A stretch of DNA of 63,688 bases, the filler included, from Folioceros fuciformis (lineage: Eukaryota): NCBI GenBank assembly GCA_049999805.1. It is 8 parts of 8 records of this genome, joined end to end, with 100 filler letters (N's around TTAATTAATTAA, not from the genome) between each part and the next. Parts side by side here need not be neighbours in the genome. Positions count along the whole stretch, not along the records: positions 1 to 18,991 come from JBNGIO010001088.1; positions 19,092 to 29,223 come from JBNGIO010001090.1; 6 more parts are not named here. One strand, written 5' to 3'. The position numbers and the translations under genes were made by a program. The first letter of the stretch is position 1. Each line of letters begins with the position of its first letter. The notes beneath the pieces were generated by a model. It was not told the DNA's origin and searched no databases. It was given only the letters and a program-made list of their open reading frames with translations. Below, piece after piece: positions 14,640-24,333 of the stretch.

Positions 14640-15134
14640 TGAGTGTCGAAAGCTAGTAGCCCTGCAGTTCATGTTCCATGTCACTCTTCCGGCTACTTGC
14701 AACTCCCTATGTCGGGGGTCGAATTCGTGGCTTGTAGTGGTCTACGTCGGCCACCCGCACACACATCAGAACACCAGTAGTAGGTAATGGCAGGGCCTGT
14801 GCCCCACAATTGGAGGCTACTTGTACTTCCCGGCTGAGGTTTCTGCCTGGAATTGATAATTTTGTGCTTCTGAGGATTGTCGTCTTGTGATGGCGATTGT
14901 GTGAACATTCAGAATGACGGTAACCGTCAACTCACCCTTCTTCCAAACGTCGTGAGTGGTACGCGAGCCGCCTACAAAAATCAGACGAACAGACCTGGCG
15001 AACAAGATAAGGTGGTGCCCAATTGGAGCAACTTGGTTACAAATTCGACGAACAATCGTCGTAGGACAATGCTCACGTCATCGCAAACAATGACAACACG
15101 GATGACCTGAGGCTTTCGAGTTTTCCTCCGCAAA

Positions 15135-15722
15135 CTAGCTACTTCTGTCGGACTCGTCTGCATACACCTCCAAATCGTCATCCGAAGCTGATGCGGAGTC
15201 TACCTCGTAACGACTTCTTGTAGAGACATCCTGGGATTCGCCGTGAGCAAACTCATCCTCCTTCCCAGGACTTTCACTTCTACTTGTAGTGGTGAAGCCA
15301 CTAATTTCTTCGCTGGAGGACTGGGCCGGCCGTTCTACACCTTGCGTATCCATAGCCTCCGGCTCTACCTCCTTTTCATATGCAGCGTCGTAAACCAAAA
15401 GACCATTCGAAGCCGGAACCCCGCCATACTCCTGGCCCTCGCTTTCTGCCTCTCCCTGATCACCAGGCGTAAGGCGCACGGCATCATCACCAGCCTTTTC
15501 TTCTGCCCTAGAATAAGCTTGAGAGTCTGCTTCCCTTAGCAACCTTGATCTTTTCCTGAGAAAGTTCACTTCAGCTTGAAGACGCTGTTTCGCCTTTTTC
15601 AGCTCCTGCAACTGAGTGGACCTAGCAACAGTGTCCTTGAAGAGCTCATTGTACTCCCTGCGAATCGATGCAAGCCTAACCTTCGCAGATCGCGGATCCT
15701 TCTCTCTGCTTTTACGATCCAT
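15135..15722 (-). CDS. Intronless 195-aa protein of unknown function: N-terminal coiled coil, acidic disordered C-terminus
   Basis: ATG at 15722. The segment REYNELFKDTVARSTQLQELKKAKQRLQAEVNFLRKRSRLL resembles an uncharacterised plant coiled-coil family with an L.AEV.FLR.R motif (recalled, not searched). Confidence 0.65.
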   Translation of the reverse strand: MDRKSREKDPRSAKVRLASIRREYNELFKDTVARSTQLQELKKAKQRLQAEVNFLRKRSRLLREADSQAYSRAEEKAGDDAVRLTPGDQGEAESEGQEYGGVPASNGLLVYDAAYEKEVEPEAMDTQGVERPAQSSSEEISGFTTTSRSESPGKEDEFAHGESQDVSTRSRYEVDSASASDDDLEVYADESDRSS

Positions 15723-15882
15723 AGGAACCCACACGACTCAAAATTCCACCCCAGGGAGAAGCGCCACTTCGCGTCCTTGTTTCAGAATCCTTCACTACGA
15801 AGTCTCGACACGCTACCTTCCTTCATCAGGCTCCGCTTCACCGCATACAGCTTCCACTAGCGAGCTTCAACAATGGAATCCC

Positions 15883-16189
15883 TCAACGACCGTTCGATGA
15901 GGAAGCCGGGGGTTCCGAAACGTTAGTGTCCTCTTGTGCAAGCTCCCCAGCCAAGGGCTCCGCTTGAGGGATAGTCTGCATCAAATCAGAAACGGGAGGA
16001 ATATCCCTAAGATGCAGGATAGCAAAACGCCGCAACGGTGTGCTCAGGAGCCAGGGCAGAACACAATAATTTACTCACAAGGTCGGGCTTGTATATGTTG
16101 TGAACGATGGAGGCGCCTGCCAACATCGACGTGAGAACAACAACGTAAGAGAGAACCATAGACGGCGTACTTACCGTCCGCCCCGCCAT
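15883..16189 (-). CDS. BRAWNIN/UQCC6 (C12orf73, DUF4516)-like 67-aa microprotein; exons 16189-16079 and 15975-15883
   Basis: Spliced product MAGRTVSTPSMVLSYVVVLTSMLAGASIVHNIYKPDL|TIPQAEPLAGELAQEDTNVSEPPASSSNGR*. Phase-0 GTGAGT...TGCAG intron. AGA..VH..Y.PDLTIP....GEL matches the BRAWNIN signature. Confidence 0.85.
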
Positions 16190-16370
16190 CGCCCCTAGCT
16201 GCCACCCCACATAAGCCGAAGGGCAAGAACGAGTAGAACTTGCTAAGAACCGCTCCTTTCCAATTTTGGTCTTTATTACTGTTTATTTATTTCTTGAACA
16301 GTGTCAAGGACGTTAGTATGGAATTTTGAAGTAGAATTCATTACGTCTAGCCGTATGCCGAGATCCTTGC

Positions 16371-16410
16371 TATTTTATTTTATTCTATTCTATTCTATTC
16401 TATTCTATTT
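16371..16410. repeat. (TATTC/TATTT)n microsatellite
   Basis: Direct pentamer run. Confidence 0.9.
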
Positions 16411-17789
16411 ACTAGTTGGTGGGGTTTAGCTCACATGTAGCGTAGCCCGTCGAAGCACGAACATACGGCGTGGGGATATTCAAAATTTTCATGCATAATT
16501 TCTTTTTCCCTTCTATTCTTAATTAGGTAGAGTATGTAGAGGTCAATGGTTGGAATGCATGGCTGGGTTTCATGGCTCAATTGTGGCAAACCCATTTTTG
16601 GAGTCAAAGAAAACACTAATTTGAGGGTTTCTACAAAAACAAGGTTGAAAGATCTGGCCATTGCTAAGGTAATACAGGTTGTGGAGCATTCTCACTTGAT
16701 CCTTCACTTGTGCTGGGTTTTCCATATGAAGAGAAATGTCATGTTTTTAACAGCAAAAAGTTGTGTTCGATATCAATTTAGGGTAGTTTTTATAAAAGCT
16801 TTTCATGTTTAACTCACAAACTCGGACTTTGCAAGTGTAATGTTTGTGTTTAGGATTATGTACTTACTCCAATGCCTTAAAGCTGCCACTGCCACGTGTA
16901 TCTTTCACGTAAATGCATTCCAAAGATGCGTGCTGAGGTTTGTATTAATACATACAAAAGAAAAAAAGTGAAAAGTTTGAGTGTCCTATATATAGTTTGG
17001 CCTATATGGACCCAATGCAATAGATTGATGATAATGTGCTTTGACCTGTAAAGCATTCAGCTAACTATCTCAATCACCAAACAGTCAGTTGTTTCAATAT
17101 TGCCAACAAGCTAAAGGGCAAGCCCTTCCATCCCACACAACAATTGACCATATTCCAAACCCTACTGACAATCAACATGGGTTGAGACATTCAACACAAA
17201 TTCTCGTACCATACCGTACCCCGTAGGTGTACTAAATTAAAATTTACCTACATATTGACCCATAAAACCATCTAATATTCATTCCTTTATACAAAGCTTA
17301 AAGATAAGGCCATAAAATACTTGGGCGCTGGACCATTCTTTGCTTTAAAACATCCAAATATAGTCACAACATGACAAAAACAAGTGTTAATTTATGCAAG
17401 GTAAAGTTGAACAAATTCACAAGACTCATCCTTCATTGGCAGCCTTGAAGCTAAGATTGTGCTCATGCAAAGGGTTGGTTATTGTAACACCTAACTCTAT
17501 CTCCCTATTCGGATTGTCCTCTTATGCTTTCTCGATCCATAATATAGTATGCTATTACCATTGCAATGCATCCAATAATAGCCAATAAGAATATTCATCT
17601 AAGAAATATTTGATCACAAAGAAAATGAAATTCACAATTAAAATCAATTGCATCAATGTGCTATTTTTTTTTCCTAATTTCCCAATGCATGATGTGCAAC
17701 TATAACATGAGGAGACAAATCACTTTAATTTCCACCCCACAGGATGAAGCACTCATATAGCATCAGGCAAAGAAAATGAACAAGCTAAA

Positions 17790-18150
17790 ATACTAATTAG
17801 GCGCTGAGAACAAATAGGACACTAACTTAGCACTTAGAAAGAACTTGACACTAACTTGGTACAATGAAAGAACAAGACACTAACCTGACATAAAAACAAA
17901 CATGACATTAACCAGGCACTAAGAACGAATAGGACACTAATATGGCACAAAGAAAGAACAAAACACAAACGTGACACAAAGAAAGTACAGAATATACTAA
18001 CCTGACACAAAGAAAGAACAGAATACTAACTTGGCACATAGAAACAGCAGGAAACAAACTTGGCACATAGAAACAGCAAGGAACCAACTTCACACATAGA
18101 AACAACATGAAACTAACTTCGAACAAAGAGAGAATAGAAACACTAGCCTC
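17790..18150. repeat. Degenerate ~29-bp minisatellite, about 12-13 copies
   Basis: ACTAAC(T/C)TGGCACA-like core recurs at about 17821, 17850, 17879, 17906, 17936, 17965, 17996, 18025, 18054, 18083 and 18112. Confidence 0.75.
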
Positions 18151-18904
18151 TCACCTTTGAGGCCACCATTCTCATCCAGAACACTATGGTAGCTAGGCAT
18201 CACAGGTTGCACTTTTTAAGCATCTTCAGGTGAGGGACCTTATGGCCAGGGAAAGGGGCTCCGCGGCTTTGGTAAGAAGATCTACAAAGATTCATGGCGT
18301 CTAAAGGGAGGTCGAGAAAGAAGGAGGCTCACAAGGCAGGTCTCTCCATCCTTGCCTCGCGAGCCTGCTACAGGGCTATGGCACCTCACAACTGGGAGGA
18401 GGGGGATTTGGGCCAAGAGGAAGGCCTAGGGCTCCCTCTTGACCTGCAAGCCTCATTGACACCCTTGGAGGCCTTATGACAAGGAGGGAGATCTGCTGGT
18501 TGGAACATAAACATTTAGAATATATATGCACTTGGCTACCATATCTTTTTTGTTAGTCATAAGTCTATCCAAGTCCATATTTGTTATTAAATACATTTCT
18601 CATGCCTCAATGTTGGCTCGTATTTGAGACCAAGCCTACAACTTAATATACGACTACTAGATTGAGATTTGGGCTACAACCTTAATAGCTTATAGTTGTT
18701 GCAAACACTTTTAGTTTAATTAGACAGATGTTACCATATGATGGCCTATCCAATCCACCCATGCACTTCTACTTATTATTTGAATGTTTGAACACAAATT
18801 GCTTGAATTAGAGTTGTAATATCTATTCGTTAGTCGATATTCTAGAGAGAGCAAAAAAGAACGAAAATGATTGATTTTGAAACGTTGAAGCTTTATTTGA
18901 ACCT

Positions 18905-18991
18905 AAGATGGACAACTTTGTAGATCACTGGAGAGACACAAAAGTAGACAACTTTGTAGATCACTCGACAGACACAAAAGTCGACAACTTT
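18905..18991. repeat. Short tandem repeat GACAACTTTGTAGATCACT (2.5 copies, cut by contig end), probably TE-derived
   Basis: Direct repeats visible at the contig end. Confidence 0.6.
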
Positions 18992-19091
18992 NNNNNNNNN
19001 NNNNNNNNNNNNNNNNNNNNNNNNNNNNNNNNNNNTTAATTAATTAANNNNNNNNNNNNNNNNNNNNNNNNNNNNNNNNNNNNNNNNNNNN
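18992..19091. other. Artificial contig linker; identical linkers at 29224-29323, 33761-33860, 43035-43134, 47132-47231, 54279-54378 and 59928-60027
   Basis: N44-TTAATTAATTAA-N44, exactly 100 nt, with stop codons in all six frames. Confidence 0.98.
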
Positions 19092-19137
19092 GTTATGAAC
19101 GGTGCCCTAGGTATATACAATGCTCTTTAAGTATTAA

Positions 19138-19872
19138 TTAAATAATCAACAATGGCAGTACACTTCCTGGCTTTAGATCAATTTCATGATCTACAACTCT
19201 CCGTTGAGGTAAAGGAGGTAACTCAGTAGGCATCAAGTCTTTAAAGTCGTCTAAGACAGCCTGTATCTCCTTTGGAATCTTTGGTTGCTTCTGAGATTCC
19301 ATCTCAAGACCATCTTCTAGTCCTTGTAACACTAACAAATAGAGTTCCTCTCCATTTTTAACACAACGCTTGAGCTCTTTGTTAGAGATGACTTCATCAA
19401 TCTTGTGCCCAAGCTGATGCTCAAGGACTGCACAACTCACTTTGTGCTTTTCATCTCCTACGATCTGTATGGTGCGTGAGTCCACGTCTACACATACCTT
19501 ATTGGCCTTCATCCATTCTAAGCCCAAGATGATTTCATGATCATCCATATCTACAACTGTGAAGCTTGCTTGTCCTGTCCAATTGCCTATCTGCAAAGGA
19601 ACTTTTTCTAGCTGTCCTAAGAACTGCAGCTTTCCTTTTGCTTGTTTCACTGTACATGGCTCTGAAATACTAGCCCATGTCAAACCAAGCTTACTTGCTC
19701 TGCCAGGAGAAATGAAATTATGTGTTGCTGCTAGATCAAGCAACATCTTCGCTTCTTCACAATTCACACATCCTTCTATATACATGAGCTCTCCACCTGG
19801 CCTGTGAATAATGTTGTCCTCAGCATCTTGAGAGTCAGCACATGTAGCCTGTGCAACATGTGGCCAATCCCG
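19138..19872 (-). pseudogene. Gypsy pol N-terminus (aspartic protease), same frame as gag, truncated
   Basis: Frame is open from the codon after the gag stop to 19138. The protease DSG motif is degenerate (DLA). Confidence 0.75.
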
Positions 19873-21057
19873 TCATTTGGGATTTTCAGATCCGGATACT
19901 TCTGTAATCTTGAGTCTTTGGGGCTGTGGGTTGTCTTGAACAACATTCAAAGTTTGTTGAGTATTGGGGCATTCATTCGCATAATGTCCCGGCTCTCCAC
20001 AAGCAAAACAAACTCCTTTCCGAGAACCCATTGTCACTGTTCTCTGAGGTCCGCGCCCCCCGCGCACTCCTCGATTTCTCCCACGGAAGCTGGCACTGGA
20101 GTTGCCTCTTGCAACTGTACTCCTTTCATTATCCTTGGGAGTCCCTCTTGCAACATTGTTGGAAGAAACCCTAGTTTGCATATACCGTCCACGGGTATTA
20201 CCTCGAAATCTTCTTAAGGAGTTGGATGTGTTGGAATGAAAGGTATCTGGGATAGCATCTGCTGCTGTTATGGCCTCTGCCAAGGTCATTGGACTATACA
20301 ACTCAATTCTGTTAGCAGCCCAGTCCTTCAAACCAACCATGAAGCGATGTGGTTTGTCAACTTCACTCATTGAAGTACAATGCATAACAGCTTCACTGAA
20401 TGTACTTACATATTCTCGTACAGTACCTGTCTGCTTTATATTATCAAGTAGCTGCCGGCTCAAGCGTAAAGCATTCGCAGGTTGGAACTGCTTCTTCAAG
20501 GCCTCTTTAAAAGATGCCCAGTCTGTGATGGTGTGTGCTCGATTTCCCTGGGCTACATTAGCACAATAACTTCGCCACGACACCAAAGCATACCCTTTGA
20601 GAAAGTTGCCCACAGTTCCTAAGTAATGCTTAGGCTCTAGGCCAGATGAAGCAAGATAGCTTTCAATAGAGTAAATCCAGGAATCAATAGCTTGTAGATC
20701 CCTTACTCCCTCATACTTATCTGGCATGGTCAACTTCAGATTTACCCTCGGAACTGCTTCGAAGATATGAAAAGGATCTTGATTGTCTTCCGCTTCCTCA
20801 TTTTGTAGAGCTATAGGCTGTGGATCCTTCCTTGCCTTTTTCCCAGATGCTGTCAAATCTTGGAGAACTTCCGCCAATACTTCGGGGAGAATTTGTTGTA
20901 AAGCGACCATCATCTGCGTCTTCCAATCTTCAGATTTGTCTCCGGATGGTCCTACTGAGTCGGTAGGCAGCATCTCCTTGCCTTGATTTTCCTCGAGTTG
21001 TTGAGGCGGGGGATTAGGAGAAACCTCTCGTATTTGCATCCTCTGGCGCTTAGCCAT
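19873..21057 (-). CDS. Gypsy Gag
   Basis: First ATG after the PBS is at 21057 (MAKRQRMQ). Capsid-like region (IKQTGTVREYVSTF) and CCHC zinc knuckle. Stop TGA at 19873-19875. Confidence 0.8.
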   Translation of the reverse strand: MAKRQRMQIREVSPNPPPQQLEENQGKEMLPTDSVGPSGDKSEDWKTQMMVALQQILPEVLAEVLQDLTASGKKARKDPQPIALQNEEAEDNQDPFHIFEAVPRVNLKLTMPDKYEGVRDLQAIDSWIYSIESYLASSGLEPKHYLGTVGNFLKGYALVSWRSYCANVAQGNRAHTITDWASFKEALKKQFQPANALRLSRQLLDNIKQTGTVREYVSTFSEAVMHCTSMSEVDKPHRFMVGLKDWAANRIELYSPMTLAEAITAADAIPDTFHSNTSNSLRRFRGNTRGRYMQTRVSSNNVARGTPKDNERSTVARGNSSASFRGRNRGVRGGRGPQRTVTMGSRKGVCFACGEPGHYANECPNTQQTLNVVQDNPQPQRLKITEVSGSENPK

Positions 21058-22045
21058 CTTGGAGGAATAGACTATGCTCTTATACCAACTAAGTAACGCC
21101 CCCTTCCTTACGCAGCGTAAAAGGAAGCAATGGCCTCGAATCTTGTCTAAACACTCCGCAGCGCTCCACTTACAATTCACTCACTTCCTCTCACACGACT
21201 CAGTACTAGGCTCCAAGTAGCCCGCCATCCACTGACGACTCGCAGACCACCTCCTCTAGGTGCTGCTCTTTATTCCAGATACTTACAAAGAGTCTGGCGA
21301 TCTACGCCCCACTGGCTACTGCCCTCGACTCTATCTGACAAGCTTGCTCTTCAAGCCCTCCACAACTATGTCTCAAGGCTAGACTTCTCACTGTCTGCCT
21401 CTTTGTGTATCAGTGTATCACAGTATATCCTTAAGAACCTAACACTGGCCTATTTATACTCCACAGCTAAGCCACTGCTAAAGCTGGGAATGATACACAC
21501 CACTCATCTTAGAATACTAGTGGTAATTACAACTCCATCCTTCTTAGGAGGTTTTGCCTGGAACACACATTTTGTTTCCAAAGGCAACAAGAAGCATACT
21601 TGCTTCTTGATTTAGCTTTCACCTTTCTACTTTTAACTTTCACCTTGTTTCACTTATGCCACCTTATGCCATTACTGTAATCACATATCTAATTTTAGAA
21701 TTAAAATCTCGCAAGAAGTCGCTCTTCATTTCCCTGGCATGGTTACAGTGTGGTGCTAATGAATAAGAGGTATTACGTAGAGGTATGATGAATGCTTGTC
21801 AACATATTGTTTTACTAGTTAAATCTATGATATGAAGTACAAATAATTATTATCAGTGGACTCTGTTCTGTTACGTCAGTAATGTAAATTAAAAATAATC
21901 ATTGCCAAAGGTCTATCAGGCATGAGAGACACTTGTGATCGTTTAGCTGTGAAGGCCACAAGGTTAAGACTTGCATGAGCCATTCCATTTCTATCCTATT
22001 CTTTCTTAAAGAAATAATTATTATGAAACCACAATTATCTGTAGA

Positions 22046-22119
22046 GGCCTATTAGCTCAGTCGGTTAGAGCGTCGTGCTAATAACGCGAAGGTCGCAGGT
22101 TCGAAACCTGCATAGGCCA
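22046..22119 (+). tRNA. tRNA-Ile (anticodon AAT)
   Basis: 74-nt cloverleaf: acceptor stem GGCCTAT/ATAGGCC-A, D arm AGCTCAGTCGGTTAGAGC, anticodon loop CT-AAT-AA, T arm GCAGG-TTCGAAA-CCTGC. Confidence 0.97.
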
Positions 22120-24333
22120 ATTGTCATTTATCGCTGATAAGATAAACTTGGTGGCTTTTTCGATCTTGATGGCTCTCTGTTCCATTTCAGGTTAGCTGCG
22201 AACGTGCGATTCATCTGGGAAAAGGATGAGCTGGAGAAACATGCTTGGTGAGAAGGTTGGAAGGCGAGCATGTGTGAGCTTGATTCTCCAGCGGAAGGCT
22301 TCAGTCCTGACGAGATTTGAGATTTGCACCTGCGCATGCAATGGCAAGGGAATCAATGTAGGAGTTCGGGATAATATCGTCGGACTACTGCTACTTCCAA
22401 TGGGGTACACCAGTGCTCATCTGGCTTCGAAGTATCCTTCTCGACTTCAAGATCCATCCGGCTGCCTACAAGTTCGATTCAAAGTACGATTCCTGACTCC
22501 CTACAAGTTCGATTCAACGTACGATTCCATACAAGGCGTTACACTTGCATACAGTATGTAGGCATGGCTGACAACTGCCTCAGAGCTTGTCACAAATGTC
22601 CGGGAACAGCCACTGGGGTTTGCCCTGGACGCAATCTGGCCAAGGAGGAGATGCTCATAATATTCCTGCCTCGGCTCATACAATTGTTCGGTCGGGTAAG
22701 TCGATCCTACTAAGGGACCTAGGTCTACCCACATGTTGCCCTTGTCATCGATGACGCGTGTGAGAATAGAAGAGGTTTGTGTGGTCAGGGTAGAGCTCTG
22801 TGCAGATCCAACTTGAGGGCATGCTAGACACCATGGGTTATTAAATATCATTGTTAAGGTCATAATAAAAAACTCGTTGGGAGTGGTTGAGTAAAACTTT
22901 TCATTCTCTGTTTATTGAATAAAATATAATCTATTTTTTCTTATCAAATTGAATTTATATAGGTTAAATATAATATATTAAACTAAAAAAAACTCTCTGT
23001 ATTATTCTGAATAAGGAAGTTCAGCAACCCATTGGCACTTCAGTTCACTTCCACGAATAACATCTCCTTTTAGTTCCACCAATTAATACATTAAAGATGG
23101 AAAGAAAGGGAGCTGTAGTTTGGCGAAGATACGCTCCATTCCTAAAGCGTGCACGTATCGAAGCGAAAAATGTGTATCTTCATGTGACGTGCTCTCCTCA
23201 GGCTCACAGGTTGTTAAGGCTTTGGCTTCAATTCTTAGCGTTAGGCATCATCTTCATTCCATCATTTTGTCATGGTCTTGTGCAAGGAGCAGACGGCAAG
23301 AGCCAGCGAGTCACGAAGATGGTCTAAACACTGAAAGCGGAGCCGGCAAGGCAGCACGCCAACGAGGTTTTTATATAGTCTGTGCAACACATATTGAATT
23401 GGAAGACCTCACTTGAAGCGGCAGTGTTGAATATTCTTCTCTTGAGTTGCACGCCTTAGATCTTTCGAGTCTGTGGTCTACAGAGTTCGTTGTCTCCCGG
23501 CTTTGCATCTTGAGGCAGGTGGAGTACGACATGTGAGGCTGAGGGTGTGGCGGTGATTGATCGGTGCGCGGGGTGAGTTGGGGCTGTGACCGTCTAGTCT
23601 TGAAGGCTGGATCGATTGGACAGTGGCGGGAGACATTTGAACAACCTGAGATCGGAATTAGGGCTAGGGTTTTGGGATCCGGCTCATCGTCCCATGCTGT
23701 TCCATGCTCACAAGATTGGTTGTTTGAATTCGCGGTCGTCCTGGACATGACGGCAGCGAGTATGAGGCAATCGTGAGCTGGCGCGACCTGAAGGATTGTC
23801 CACGTTATTGTTTCAAGCCATGGAGATCAGCACCTGTGCCGCTCATCGAGACCGGAAGCCCAGCAGCATTCTCAGTAGTAGTCACAATTTCAGGACCTGG
23901 AGTAAGCGACATGACCCCTGATGTTGAGGTACTGGGGTGCTTTTGATTTCGGATTGTGATTCTCTGCGGAGTGTGGATGCAGGTGCCCAGCGCCAATCTT
24001 GCCTACTGAAGCCTTTCTGGAAAGTGTGATGGTCACCTAGTTGACCTTGACGGGCCCACACGAACACCTCGGGATTTTATCAAACCGTGGAAGAGACTGG
24101 ATTTGCCTCAGCTTTGGAGAAGCAGGTACATCTCACTGACTGCCAGATTGCCACTGCAGGCATCAGATTGATTCGCTGCATCTGTTTTCTGCTTATGCTT
24201 CTCATCTATCCTCTGATGTTGATGCATCTGGATTTGTCTATTCATGCACCTCTCGTGTGGCTTGTCTGTTTTAAGCCGAGTGATTGAGGCTTAGTTCTGC
24301 CCAGCGTGCACTCTCTTTGTGGAAAAGTTCCAA

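Larger units (their letters stand above)
19138..21747 (-). mobile_element. Ty3/gypsy LTR retrotransposon, 5' part (LTR-PBS-gag-protease), truncated at the start of RT
   Basis: Retrotransposon gag with CFACGEPGHYANEC knuckle, retropepsin LLDLAATHNFIS...IILGLEW, pre-RT motif LPPLPQRRVVDHEIDLKPG. PBS TGGTATAAGAGC at 21076-21087. LTR ~21092-21747 (TGTAAC...GTTACT). Confidence 0.9.

Noticed and set aside
18476-18991. Possible PPT (AAGGAGGGAG) followed by an LTR on the + strand
   Set aside because: No partner LTR or coding remnant on the contig to confirm it.
21058-21180. N-terminal extension of the gypsy Gag ORF in the ORF track
   Set aside because: It starts at a non-ATG codon inside the LTR and crosses the PBS; the ATG at 21057 is the plausible start.
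22128-22863. Minus-strand 120-aa ORF and neighbours downstream of the tRNA, with a ~35-bp duplication at about 22465-22528
   Set aside because: No recognisable domain or coherent splice structure; cannot be supported as a gene without a search.
23665-23672. Telo-box TAGGGTTT upstream of the helicase, and telo-box/site II-like motifs upstream of BTF3
   Set aside because: Short motifs that can occur by chance; plausible but unsupported without TSS data.
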